Positions 34,645 through 48,010 of a stretch of DNA of 64,000 nucleotides are shown piece after piece (within the stretch, counting starts at the first letter, position 1; each line of letters begins with the position of its first letter). The position numbers and the translations under genes are program-made. The stretch lies in the NCBI RefSeq assembly GCF_006345805.1, contig NC_043011.1, positions 5,828,001 through 5,892,000 on the forward strand, written 5' to 3'. The DNA comes from Octopus sinensis. Lineage: Eukaryota. A model generated the notes under the pieces. That model was not told the origin of the DNA. It saw nothing but the letters and a program-made list of their open reading frames with translations, and ran no database searches.

Positions 34645-35349
34645 TTAATGTCTGTTTAAATGATGATGATGATGATGATGATGATGTTGGATAAGCTGCA
34701 AAAATTTATTGTCTAGATGCAAGCTTCAGCATTGGGGGAAAAAAGACCTTATGGTATTTGTTCTGAGTCTTTATGATCTGAGTTCAAATCCTATCAAGGT
34801 CAACTTTGTCATTCATCCCTTAAGGGATCAATAAAATAAAGTACTAGTCAAGTGCTGGGGTCAATGATATCACTCACCACCACCACCCCCTTCAAAATTA
34901 CAGACCTTGTGCCTTAATTCCAACCATCCATCCATCTTCTCTGCTCTCTATTTCTGAGAGGGCCATGGGGATAGAGTCCTCAGGTACCTCCTCTGCAAGC
35001 TCCTATCAGAAGCAACTAACTGAAACTATGGATATTATCCACCCATCTCATTCTTGACCAACTGCTAAGTTTCCTGCTGGTTGCCTTGGCTCAAAGAATC
35101 TGTCTTGCAATTTTTGCCTAAATTAGAAACCTTTAATATATAGAGAGAGAGAGCTTCAAGATATTTTAGAGGTGGGGGTGGGTGGCTGGTAGGGTTAGCT
35201 TAAGAACCACAGAGTTACACAGCAGCACCTAATGCCTAGATATTTTGGTTGAGTTCATTTTCTTACATAGGGGCTGGACCCTGCCTCACTCCACCTAGAA
35301 TCCTCTTTCCACTAGATTATAATTTTTTTCTTTTGTAGAAATATTTGAC

Positions 35350-35690
35350 ATGGTAAGAAGCTTGCTTCCCAACCACATGGTTCCAGGTTCAGTCCCACTA
35401 AGTGGTACTTCTACTATAGCCTCAGACCAACCAAAGTGGATTTGGGAGACGGAAACTGAAAGAAGCCCATCATATGTGTGTGTAGGTGTGTGTTTGTCCC
35501 CCACCATCGCTTGATAAGCGGTGTTGGTGTGTTGACATCCCTGTGACTTAGCAATTCAATGAAAAAGACTGATAGAATAAGCACCAGATTTTAAAAAATA
35601 AAAAAGTCCTGGAATTTGTTCATTCGACTAAAAATTCTACAAGGTGCTGCCCCAGCATGGCCACAGCCTAATGACTGAAACAAAAGGTAT
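35350..35690 (+). mobile_element. SINE A, older variant
   Basis: ggtaagaagcttgcttcccaaccacatggttcc...ccagcatggccacagcctaatgactgaaac. Confidence 0.7.
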
Positions 35691-36427
35691 TTGACCAACA
35701 GACTTTCAAGCATTGGGGCATTAGTCTCCACAATCTAAAAGCAGCAGGGGTGGGGCTGCTAAGGTCACATGCACTGTGCCTCCCTCTTTGAATAATGTGC
35801 AAAAGTCAAAGAAGCAAATACTTTTAGTAAAAGTGGACCAGGGAGGGGGGGGGACATTTTTCAGGAAGATTTTTTTTTTATTTGTTCTTTGTTTTTTGAT
35901 TATTTTTTTCTCTTTGGTTTATTCTTTTCTAGAAGCGGACTAATATTAGCTGATTAATGAGAAAATGAAAACGAAGAAGGAATAATGAAAAAGAAAAAGA
36001 AAAAAAAGGCAAATAATAATAATAGTAATAATAGTAAAGTCTTGGAGAAAAGAAACAACACATTCGCAAACCAAAAACAGCAACCAACCAACCAACCAAC
36101 TGGCATGCGCTAGATTCTTCTTTGTGAAGCCCCCAATCTCAAGCATCAATCGCAGAATGATGTAATCAGTGTGACAGCCTATCAAGAAGGATGTTAAAAA
36201 GGATGTAGAATTGTAGTGTGCGAAGAAAGGAGAATAAGAGAATAGAAGAATGAAACAGAACGAGATTGCGGTAGCGAGGAGGAGGAGGGGCGGGGCATCG
36301 ACGGAGGCGAAGATGGTAGGTGCAGTGGTGGCGGCGGCGGAGGCGGAGGCAGTGGAATCTGGTCAGCTAATTTCTATAGCTTCCTGAGTTACGTCAATGA
36401 TGTTTCTAGATTCAACCCACAGAAATG

Positions 36428-36492
36428 ATTATCATTATTACTATTATTATTATTATTATCATTATTATTATTGTTATTATTATTATTATTAC

Positions 36493-36523
<31 letters not shown>

Positions 36524-36570
36524 GTTATTATTACTATTGTTATTATTGTTATTGTTGTTGTTGTTGTTAA
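36428..36570. repeat. (TAT/TGT)n microsatellite
   Basis: Trinucleotide run. Confidence 0.95.
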
Positions 36571-37155
36571 AAACAAAACCAAAAATACACAACATTAAAA
36601 AGAAAAATTACATAACAAAGAAACTGTGTCTATTTGTGTGTATGTATATATACAAACACACACACACACACATATATATAAATATATGCACACGCACATG
36701 CATGTGTGTGTTTGTATACAATCACGCACGCATAATTCTTAGAATATAATTTCTTTTAAAAGCCTTCAAGTGTTCTACAGTTAATTTGGGATAAATATAG
36801 TGAGTAGTGAACAAGTACATTGCTGTACAAGTCAACACCCACCGCCCACCCAAACAAACCGCCCACACACCCTCTTTCACTCTTCTCTCTCTCTCTCTTT
36901 CTATGTAAAGAAGTAAACTGAAAAAAAAAAGAAAGAAAGAAAGAAAGCCAGTCTTTGAGGAATGCACTGAAAAACCGAATTTTGCAAATTGGAGAAAAAT
37001 CATAGATTTTGAGGGTAGGGGGTAGGGTGTAGGCGGGGGGGGGGGGGTAAGGCTGTGTTTTTGTAATTTCCAAGACAATTCTGATGCTATTAGATTCTGA
37101 TACAAATATAAATTTGCAGTAATTTAAGAATGAAATTACTACCACTACTACTACA

Positions 37156-37191
<36 letters not shown>

Positions 37192-37417
37192 AATAATAAT
37201 GCTTTATTTGCCACAGGGGCAAGAGATACAATACAAAGATGGACTTGAAGTGTGAGAATTAACATAGACTGGAATGTTAAAAAAAATATATTAAATACAA
37301 GAATTCATTGTATATGATACAATGAAACAGAATAAGCACCATCTGAACGTGGCTAATGCCAGTGCCGCTTGACTAGCTCCCATCCCATTGAGATAGTACT
37401 ATTATGATTATTATTAT

Positions 37418-38945
37418 AAAGGTAGTGAGCTGGCAGAAACATTACCACGCTGGGCGAAATGCTTAGCGGTCTATCTTTACGTTCTGAGTTCAAATTCTGC
37501 CGAGGTCACTTTGCCTTTCATCCTTTCAGGGTCGATAAATTAAGTACCAGTTGCATACTGGGATCAGTCTAATCAAGTGGTCCCCTCCCCAAAAATTTCG
37601 GATCCTGTGCCTAGAGTAGAAAAGATTATTATTATTATTATTATTATTATTAAGGTAGCGAACTGGTAGATTCATTAGCATACCAGGTGAAATGCTTGAC
37701 AGTATTTTGTCTATTTTCACGTTCTGAGTTCAAATTCTGCTGGGGTCAACTTTGCCTGTCATCTTTTCAAGGTCAATAAAATAAGTACCAGCTGAATATT
37801 GGGAGTCGGTGTAATCAACATATCCCTTCTAAAATTGCTGGCCTTGTGTCAAAATTCAAAACTATTATTATTATTATTATTATTATTAAGGCAGTGAACT
37901 GGCAGAATTGTTAGCATGCTGGACGAAATGCTTAGAAGTATTTCGCCCATCGCTACGTTCTGAGTTCAAATTCTGCTGAGGTTGACTTTGCCTTTTATCC
38001 TTTCGGGGTTGATAAATTAAGCATTAGTTACATACTGGGGTTGATGTGGTCAACTGGCCCCACTCCCCTGGGATTTGGGGCCTTATGCCTTTGATGAAAA
38101 GGATTATTATTATTATTTCACTTCCCAGAGCTTTCAATTTCCCTTGCTCCAGCTGATTCTGTAGAGCAGACAACAACTTAAGGGTCCCAAGGGATCTTCT
38201 TCCACAATACTTAAAATCCAAGTACCAGACTCAAAACCTTTGCTGTCCCCAATAACAGTTATTATGAGCATTATTATAATGATGTAAAAAAAGACGGTGA
38301 GATGGCAGAATCATTAGCACACCAAGCGAAATACTTAGCGGTATTTTGTCTGTCTTTACGTTCTGAGTTCAAATTCTGCCAAGATCAATTTTTCCTTTCA
38401 TCCTTTCGGGAGTCAGTAAATTAAGTACCAGTTGCATAGTGGGCTCAACTTAATCGACTGCCCCACATCCCCCAAAATTTCAGGCCTTGTGCCTAGAGTA
38501 GAATAGAATATAAAAAAAGGCAGTGAGATGGCAGATTTATTAGCACACCGAGTGAAATGCTTAGCAGTATTTAAGGGTGGCCTTTGCCAGTACCGCCTGA
38601 CTGGCCCTCGTGCCGGTGGCATGTAAAAGCACCCACTACACTCTCGGAGTGGTTGGCGTTAGGAAGGGCATCCAGCCGTAGAAACTCTGCCAGGTCAGAT
38701 TGGAGCCTGGTGCAGCCATCTGGTTTGCCAGTCCTCAGTCAAATCATCCAACCCATGCTAGCATGGAAAGCGGACATTAAACGATGATGATGATATTTTG
38801 TCTGTCTTTATGTTCTAAGTTCAAATTCCGCCAAGGTCAATTTTTCCTTTCATCCTTTTGGGGGTCGATAAATTAAGCATCAGTGAAACACTGGGATCAA
38901 AGTAATTGACTATCTCTCTCCCCCAAATTTCAGGCCTTGTGCCTA
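37418..38945 (+). mobile_element. Head-to-tail cluster of about 5 SINE B copies separated by (ATT)n; the last is interrupted by an RTE tail (38576-38795)
   Basis: Heads at about 37418, 37652, 37887, 38295 and 38515, each with gagttcaaattc and ttgcctttcatcc; RTE tail ggcgttaggaagggcatccagcc inside the last. Confidence 0.8.
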
Positions 38946-39067
38946 TAGTAGAAAGGATCATTATTATTATTATTATTTTAAATTGAATGTAAATGAAAAG
39001 ATGGCTATATTAAAGAAATACTAACTTAACCTGTGACAAGTATCTGATACTTACAAATAATAATAAT

Positions 39068-39465
39068 TTCTTTTACTCTTTCTTTTTCTTTTACTTGTTT
39101 CAGTCATTTGACTGCGGCCATGCTGGAGCACCGCCTTTAGTCAAGCAAATCGACCCTGGGACTTATTCTTTGTAAGCCCAGTACTTATTCTATCGGTCTC
39201 TTTTTGCCGAACCGCTATATGACGGGGACGTAAACACACCAGCATCAGTTGTCAAGCAATGCTAGGGGGACAAACAGACACACAAACACACACATATATA
39301 TATATATATATATACATATATACGACAGGCTTCTTTCAGTTTCCATCTACCAAATCCACTCACAAGGCATTGGTCGGCCTGAGGCTATAGTAGAAGACAC
39401 TTGCCCAAGGTGCCACGCAGTGGGACTGAACCCAGAACCATGTGGTTGGTTAGCAAGCTACTTCT
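39068..39465 (-). mobile_element. SINE A, near full length
   Basis: Reverse-complement consensus match. Confidence 0.85.
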
Positions 39466-40139
39466 TTTATAAGCACAAGGCTTGGAATTTAAGGGAATGG
39501 GCTAGTCTATTATAGGAACCCCAGAGTTCAACTGCTGCTTAATTTATTGACTCTGAAAGAATGAAAGACAAAGTTGATTCAGTGGCATTTGAACTCAAAA
39601 CATAAAGAATCTTTAAAAGAAAGGCTGCTCATGTGATTTTGCCATCTTTGGATTATAAACAACAATGACAACAACAACACAAAAAAATATCCATGGAGAG
39701 AAAACAGAAGAGAAGAAAAAAAATCCCACAAAATGAAGTGGTAAAAAAGCATTAAAAAATGACATGGATAAAAATAATGGGTCCTTATTGAATGTCTGGA
39801 GAGAGGGTGGAAAGGAGGAAGAGGGTGGAAAGGAGGAAGATGATAAAGATGTAATCAGTTAACTAACAATGAAACAGCAGATCAACAAGTATGTTGTTAG
39901 GGGTTGGTGGTGGGGGTCAGACTCTGTTTTTATATTGGGTGGGTGGGGGGATAAGGGGTAAGAGAACAAAGAACAAAAGGTGACAATTGTCTTATTCTCT
40001 GGCAATCAACTGAGTTTACTGTTTGGCTCTCTTCAGACACAGGAAGTGTGAAGAGGGAGAGAGAAGAAATGTTTGTGTTTTGTGTTGTGTGTGTCTATAA
40101 AAGGATGGGTGGATGGAAAGAAAGAGGGAAATGGGGGAT

Positions 40140-40141
40140 AG

Positions 40142-40191
<50 letters not shown>

Positions 40192-40286
40192 GTATATATA
40201 AATATATATGTATATATATTTATATATAGATAGATAGATAGTTTGAGAGAGAGAGGAGAGACAGACAGATAGATAGGTAGATAGAC

Positions 40287-40334
<48 letters not shown>

Positions 40335-40437
40335 GGATGGATGGATGGATGGATGGATGGACGGACGGACGGACGGACGGACGGACGGACGGACGGACGG
40401 ACGGACGGACGGACGGACGGACGGACAGATGACAGAC

Positions 40438-40500
<63 letters not shown>

Positions 40501-40570
40501 CACACAGACAAAGAGACAGATAGATAGGTAGGTAGAGATAGAGAGACAGACAGACAGAGACAGACAACAC
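40140..40570. repeat. Compound microsatellite (TG)n,(TA)n,(AGAT)n(GGAT)n(GGAC)n(AGAT)n
   Basis: Direct reading. Confidence 0.95.
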
Positions 40571-40954
40571 TTATAGCCACTGACACCAATAATAACAATA
40601 TGGTCTGGTGGACATGGCTTTTTTAGTTATTCCACCCACGTGGTGGTGAAGGTGGTGGAGTAGGAGTGAAAGAAGAAAGGTGAGGTGGAGGAGGAGGAGG
40701 AGAAGAACAAGTGGCAGGCACTTGGCATAGAAAAGTGTGAAACAAGCCTTTATGGACAGTTGCTAAGTTGTGTCTGTGAATATCCATAAAGGAACTGGCA
40801 GATAGACACAAGACGTACAACAGCTGAATAAAGAGGAAACAAGGGAGCCTCTACATTGTCACGAAAACTGGTAGAAACAACAGCAAAATTTCCCTCAAAC
40901 CACACATTACTGTCTAAAAAAAGGTCTCATGTTAGACAATAACGTCCAGGGTAC

Positions 40955-41390
40955 TCTCTTTACTCTCTCTTTTACTTGTTTCAGTCATTTGACTGGAGCA
41001 CCGTCATTTGACTGGAGCACCGTCATGCTGGAGCACCGCCTTTAGTCGAGCAACTCGACCCCGGGACTTATTCTTTGTAAGCCCAGTACTTATTCTATCG
41101 GTCTGTTTTGCCGAACTGCTAAGTGACGGGGACGTAAACACACCAGCATCGGTTGTCAAGCAATGCTAGGAGGACAAACACAGACACACAAACACACACA
41201 CACATATATATATATATATACATATATACGACAGGCTTCTTTCAGTTTCCGTCTACCAAATCCACTCACAAGGCATTGGTCAGCCCGTGGTTATAGTAGA
41301 AGACACTTGCCCAAGGTGCCACGCAGTGGGACTGAACCCGGAACCATGTGGTTGGTAAACAAGCTACTTACCACACAGCCACTCCTACAC
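40955..41390 (-). mobile_element. SINE A, full length, with an 18-bp internal tandem duplication near the tail
   Basis: gtcatttgactggagcacc repeated at about 40984-41020. Confidence 0.85.
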
Positions 41391-41822
41391 CTATACATTG
41401 TACATATTCCCAAAACCAAGAAAACAAACTGAGATGTGATAACTCAAATATCTTTAATCATAAGTCTGCTGGAACAAGACTGACTGACTTGGGATTAAAC
41501 AACAACCACAACATTAGAAATGTCAAAAGATAACAAATAACATCAACAACATCAACAATTGCAGTTGATGTAAAAGATAACAATCCCGAGCAGAGAAAAT
41601 ACAGGGCCAAATTCCCAGTTCAAATCCCACTCTAGCCTATTGAGCGATAGACTGAATCCGTTGTTACCTGGATGAACATCAATCATTCCTGACATCTTGG
41701 CCACCTTTAGTGAGCTGGGTCTTCAACATGAGATTTTCCTCCCTCCTTTCCTCTTTCTAAAAGGTCAGAGGCACCACCTTCCCTCTTGACTAAAAGGCTG
41801 AAGGTTAAGTCATCTGCTTTAA

Positions 41823-41838
41823 TACTGCCACCTGGTGG
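41823..41838 (-). promoter_or_regulatory. CTCF-like motif CCACCAGGTGGCAGTA
   Basis: Matches the CCASYAGRKGGC core; lies in non-repetitive sequence; binding untested. Confidence 0.3.
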
Positions 41839-42139
41839 TTCTTGACAGCAACTCCACTTCCATGTTCACAAGTGAAGACATTTGTCTTCGTTTGAGATAA
41901 AATCGAAGACAACTAGATTTCGGTTTTACCCTAATTGATGTCAAATGTCTTTGCTTAAACATGAAACTTGAGTTGCTGTTAGGAACCAATTATGTTAATG
42001 TGTATAAAAAACATCCATAACTGTTGAATGTACTGAGTGCTCCTATTTGATAAATTTATCAACACATTTGTAAGTAATGTGTATGTATGTATCTATGTAG
42101 GCATCAGTGTATTGTCTTTAAACAAACACAATGAAACGT

Positions 42140-42460
42140 ATTCAATACACAAAGTACAGTTAATTGTAATAATTGTCTTTACTACAAGCACAAGCCTTGA
42201 AATTTTGGGAAGGGAGCTAATCAATGACATTGATACCATGGAGATCTGGCCAGATGCTTGCAACTGAATGGACCCCATTAAAAGCACCTAAATTTCCAAG
42301 GATGGTGCTAAACCAGATGACCGATTCAACTGGCACTTATTTTATCGCCACAAAAGGATCAAAGGCAAGGTTAACCTTGGCAGAATTTTAACCCAGAACA
42401 TAAAAACAGAAGAAATACTGTCCAGCATAGCAACAAGTCTGCCAGCTTGCTGCCTTTCAG
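42140..42460 (-). mobile_element. SINE B, old
   Basis: caactggcacttattttatcgcc...aaaggcaaggttaacc...ctgccagcttgctgcctt. Confidence 0.6.
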
Positions 42461-42536
42461 TTAATTGTAATAACAAGAATACGAGTTTCACAGATGTTCA
42501 CTCCAAGTTGCCACTTATTCAAACCAATATTACATT

Positions 42537-42768
42537 AGGCGGCGAGCTGGCAGAAACGTTAGCACGCCGGGCGAAATGTGTAGCCGTATTTCGTCTGCCG
42601 TTACATTCTGAGTTCAAATTCCACCGAGGTCAACTTTGCCTTTCATCCTTTCTGGGTCGATAAATAAAGTACCAGTTTCGCACTGGGGTCTATGTAATCG
42701 ACTTAATCCCTTTGTCTGTCCTTGTTTGTCCCCTCTATGTTTAGCCCCTTGTGGGTAGTAAAGAAATA
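42537..42768 (+). mobile_element. SINE B, young, full length
   Basis: Near-identical to 8695-8926. Confidence 0.9.
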
Positions 42769-43904
42769 TATATTGTTCTGAATAAGCGCCAACAGAAATC
42801 ACTAACCCTTCCAGAAGAGCAAAAAATGTCCAGCAAGTAGAAAGGAGTTGATGTATGACATAACACCAATAACAACAACAAATATCATTGTTTTTGTTCA
42901 GCCCTAGATCAGTCCTGATCAAACACACCTAAGAAAGTGCTCCAATCATGACCACCACACTTTTCTCTGCCTTTATTAAACAGTGTATATCCATGGTTAC
43001 AATATGCAATACATCCCTTTTAAAGTAAATACAATAAAAATTTTCCACCTTTTCCTGTCCACACCACTCTGAATTGCAGGAAAAACCTATTTCAACACTT
43101 TTCTTTTTAATTTCATTATACAAACAAAAACCAAAGAAAAAACTAATTAAAATTGTTTTAAAACGGGGACAGACACATTATCCTACACTTGGTGAACTTG
43201 GAATATTTTCGAAACATTTGGATTATATTTTACGATTCGACTAAAAAATAGCTTTCTTGCAAACTACATGTGGCACACAAGAATGTCATGGCACAGTGGG
43301 TTAAAATGTCTGAGCTAAGGTGTGATTTTAGGGATACCCAGTTGTTATTTCTAGCATGTCAAACAACCACAGAAGTACCCTCGTTCGCTTACATTTCTCT
43401 ACGATGTTAATAAGTATAACAACAGTGATAATGATAAATGATGATGATGACAATGATGAAAGCAGCTTCATATTCCAACCTTTAAACAATATGCCACTCA
43501 ATAAAAACAACAACAACAACAACTGCAACATTTAAATGGTTTAACAAAGGAGAATGATGTCAGCTCGATAATGTTTCAGAGCTGAAGGAGCTCTTCAGGT
43601 TTCACTTTTAGAAATTTATACAAATTTCTTATTTTTTCGTTTTTATTTTAATATCAGAAATAATACAATACTCATTGTGTGGCTTTTTTTTTATTCTTTT
43701 GTAAATTTTATTTAAATTATTTTCTCCCTCTTCTCTTTCTTTTTCATTCCTGCTTTTCCTTTTCTTTTTTTTTTTCTTTTTATTAATGTTGTAGTTTCAT
43801 AGAAACGAAAAGACAAAGAATTAAACAATATCACATTTCACTTTATGAAAGACCATGTTACACACAACCAGAATTGGACGCAGAACAGGAGGGGGGGAGG
43901 GAAC

Positions 43905-44520
43905 AAGACACCATATCGCTGTAATGTACAGCAACATCTGTTTGATGGTCAAAGTAAATGGCCACCTATCGGAATCATTTAGCATTGCTCATTCGGTCCG
44001 TCAAGGATGCCCACTCTTGCCTCTTCTGTATGTACTGGCTCTCGAGCCATTGCTGCAGAAGCTGGATGTTTCAAGGGGTATCCTGCGTGACCTAGGATGC
44101 GGAAATTTCATATTGGCTTACGTGGATGATGTCACCATAATAATGTTGGACACCTCAGAAATCAAGGTGGTCAGCACTGCTCTAGGGGAATATGAAGTAG
44201 TGACAAGAGCATAGATCAATCAGGAGAGGTTAGTGGGCCTGCAGTTCGGCACCTAAAGAGGCAGGTCCATGCCAACCGACAGCATTGTAGGGCACTGGAC
44301 AAAAGGACTGGTTAAATTGCTCAGGGTCTGGTTTGGTCCAGATCTCCAGGTGGACAAGAACTGGAGAGATGTGACAAGCAGGGCAGCCAATCTCACCTAG
44401 AAATGGGCAGAGAGGAAGCTGTCCCTGGAGGGTCGGGAGGAGGTGGCGAATGCGTACATTGCTTCCATCCTCTACTATCAATCTGACCATCGTCCCATTT
44501 CATGACTGATAAAGCTGGAC
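43905..44520 (+). mobile_element. L1/Tx1 reverse-transcriptase fragment, pseudogenised
   Basis: ...VKVNGHLSESFSIAHSVRQGCPLLPLLYVLALEPLL...LAYVDDVTI (QG and YxDD motifs); in-frame stops; same family as 25976-27546. Confidence 0.85.
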
Positions 44521-44964
44521 CACTTGAATGAAAAACACAAAATTAACCTTAGCTAGGATTTGAACTCAGAATATAAAGGCTGAAAAGAAATATAGCAAAA
44601 CATTTTTTCCCCATGCTGCCAAATCCACCATCCTAACTATAATAATTGTTTCCGATATAGGTACAAGGCTTAAAGGTAAGGGAAGAGGTATTTGACTGCT
44701 ACTTTATTTCATCAACCCACAGGAGGATAAAGGCAAATTTGATCTCAGTTGAACTTGAACTCAGAATGTAAAGAATCAGAATACTGCCTTCCTTTTTCTC
44801 TCTGTCCTTCTTCTTTTTCTATCACATGACTTCGTAAATGAACAATCCAGTGTGTTTATTTTGAGAGCCTACCAATATATACTAAGAGTTTTTTTGCCCT
44901 AGGTGTTGGGAAGACACTTGGCAAGAAATGGAAACAAAATTGAAAGAAGACAATAATAATAATA

Positions 44965-45182
44965 ATGGTTTCAAAATTTGCCACAAGGGCAGCAATTTTT
45001 TGTGGGGGAGAGAACTAGTCGATTACATCAACACAGTATTCAACTGGTACTTATTTTACCAGCCCTGAAAGGACGAAAGGTAAAGTCGACTTTGACGGAA
45101 TTTGAATTCAGAACGTAAAGACAAACGAAATGCCGCTCGGTATTTTGTCCAGCGTGATAACGATTCTGTCATCTTGCCACCC

Positions 45183-45185
<3 letters not shown>
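44965..45185 (-). mobile_element. SINE B
   Basis: ggtttcaaaatttgccacaaggg...gtcgactttgacggaatttgaattc; (AAT)n flanks. Confidence 0.8.
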
Positions 45186-45213
<28 letters not shown>

Positions 45214-46059
45214 TAATTTTGCATGGAGAGTGTTCCTAGTATTTGACTGGTACTTGATTTTATTGACCCCAAAAGGATGAAAGGTGATGTCAACCTTAGC
45301 AGGAATTGAACTTAGAATGGAAAGAACTGCCACAATTACTACAAGGCATTTATTCCAACACTAATGATTCTACCAGCTTACTACCATGTTTATAAGAAGA
45401 AAAATATTTCAAACTATAAACAGCACCAGTTTGGGGTGTTTTTTTTAATCATGTTTCAGATTTCTCAAGCTCTTGATAATGTCATTTCCAAAGAATAAAA
45501 CCAAAAATTGTCAATGATGGCTTAGGGAAGGATTTTTTTTTTTTTTTTTTTCTTTTTTTTTTTTCAGAACTGCTAAAGCAACACAAGCAAAGATGAGATC
45601 CAACAGACAGGAAGTCACTTTTGCTTCTTTTGTCAAAGAATAAATTTTCCCTCCCAAGCAAGGAATTCATTTGAAAAGCCAATTTTAGCAGACAAGGTTT
45701 TGGTTGGTTAAATAAAGGATATAGTTAGTGGCATCACCACCACCACCACCACCACCACCATCCTGGACCATACAATTTCAATGTGGCTATGGTAACCATG
45801 TCTAAGTCTACACTTCCTTCTTCAGTTGATATTACTAAAGTCAGACAAAATTTAAAGGACAGATGTAAAATGGAATCCAAGCAACACAGATTGGACCGTA
45901 GAACTAAACTCCATTAGTTGTACTTTCTTAAACATTTACCAATAATTTGGTTTTTTGCTTTCCAACAAGAATTCTATCTCGAAAAATGTACAGGAAGATG
46001 CAAGGAGGTAAAACAATACATCATAGTGTGAACATATACATACACAAGATACATATGTG

Positions 46060-46295
46060 TGTGTGTGTGTGTGTGTGTACCTTTGTGTTTGTCCTCCACC
46101 ATTCCTCGACAACCTATGTTGGTTTGTTTATATCCCCATAACCTAGCAGTTTGACAAAAAAAAAAAAACACTGACAGAGTACCGGGCTTTAAAAAAAATT
46201 AGTACTGGGATCAATTTGTTTGACTAGAAATTCTTCAGAGCAGTGCTGTAGCATGGCCTCTCATGACTGAAACAAGTGAAAGATAAGAGAAAGAG
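46060..46295 (+). mobile_element. SINE A 3' half, older
   Basis: gtttgtcctccaccattcctcgacaacc...gcatggcctc...gactgaaacaagtgaaaga. Confidence 0.7.
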
Positions 46296-46898
46296 AGTAA
46301 TGTGTGGGGGGAGAGCTTCTAATTCAATTTGGTATGCATTGCTTTCAGCGTATCATTTCAAGTGTGTGTGTGTGTGTGTGTGTGTGGTATGCAGTCAGTG
46401 TGTGCTGCTTATGTTGGATCAGTGTGAAATAAAATCACATGTTCAGTGCATGGGCCAAGGCCTGTAGGTGTTTTCTGCTAATTAATATCCTCGTCCAATC
46501 AATATTTATGGTTGACTGATTTGAAAATGAATTATATGGCCATTGTAAAGTCGAGTTTTTCTTTTTTGCCATTATTTTTCTCCAAATAAATGGAGGGAAG
46601 AACAAAAAATAACATAAAAAAGGAAAACAAAATAAATATTATTCAGTTAAACAGCCATAAAGATTGTATTTAGATAATTAAAGCTAAAATATTTGTCACC
46701 AACCATTGTAGTTTTTTTTCTTTCTTTTTTCTTTTTTTCTTTCTTTTTTCTTTTTTTCTTTCTTTTTTTTGGAAATAAGACAGATTGATTAATAAATTCT
46801 TCGACTTCACAGAATGGAGCCAGGAAATCTTCCATTTCCTTTTTCTGAAGAAACTGCTTCAATGCTTTTAGTCTATTTTTTTTTTCCTTTTTACCCAG

Positions 46899-46973
46899 AA
46901 CTAGTGAGGAATGGTCTTGGTTAAAGACAACTTAATATTCTTCTTTCCTTTTAATAATTCCAAAGATGGAATG
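46899..46973 (+). other. Candidate exon (5' UTR or non-coding; ends ATG GAA TG)
   Basis: Strong acceptor tttttttttcctttttacccag| and donor ATG|GTAAGC; stops in all frames upstream of ATG 46966. Confidence 0.35.
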
Positions 46974-47460
46974 GTAAGCATTAACAAACATATTCGAAGA
47001 TCTCAAAGATTGGGGGATGGAAGGAAGGAAAGAAACTGACCTGGAAGCAGAGACTTAACAAAATGCTAACAACAGACCAGGCACTACTAATGATATTCAA
47101 GAGTCTGCTACTCAATAACAGGAATGGTCCTGCTGGTCATCTTCCTTATAATTCCAGTTACAGGTCAACCAAAGTCTGTGGCACATTCACCTTTGGTTAA
47201 AACTTATGTTGTTACAAAGGGAACTTTTTTAACCATCATGTCATGACCACCCAACATCCATCACACACAACATCATCATCATCATCGTCCCTAAACTAAG
47301 ATATTGTAGAATATATTAACTTCTATGCTGTTGTTCTCACTCTCTCTCTCTCTCTTCCCCCACCATACACTCAATCTCTCTCTCACTCACTCACATACAA
47401 ACACTCTCAGTGTGTGTGTGTGTCTTTCTCACACATTCTCTCTCTCTCTCTTTCATACAA

Positions 47461-47491
<31 letters not shown>

Positions 47492-48010
47492 AAAGAATCT
47501 TTGTTTCTCTACTAAGATCAAAAACCAAAATAAATAACAAAATATTATTTTTAAATGAGCAAGTTTCTGTTGGAGCTGGGGGTGGCAGTGATGGTGGTGG
47601 TGGTGGTGGTACTAATGTTTTATGATGATGATGATGGCACTGGTGGCTATGATGGTAGCGGTGGTGGTGGTGGTGATGATGGAAGTGATGATGGTGGTGG
47701 TGGTGGTGATACTAATGTTAAACCTGATGATGATGATGATGATGATGATGGCACTGGCGTTTATGATGACAGTGACAGCAGTGTTAATAAATACAATAAC
47801 AGACCTATGCACACCCCCCCCTGACCACCACCACCCCCTGACCACCTACAAGCACAATTCTTAAGAACTTATTTAGAAGCATGAAACAGAGGAAGTGAGA
47901 CAAACAGACAGATATGAGACAGACAGACAGACAGTGTAGGTGGGACTGTGACACACAGACAGAACAATAAGAAGAAGAAAAGTCAATTAAAAGTTCTGTG
48001 GATGTGAATG

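Noticed and set aside
43560-43610. CTGAAGA...GAAAC on the - strand, hammerhead-like
   Set aside because: Extra bases lie between stem II and GAAA, and there is no stem I or NUH pairing.
47555-47864. Gly/Asp-rich ORF
   Set aside because: It is a duplicated (GGT)n/(GAT)n compound microsatellite with no splice or codon support.
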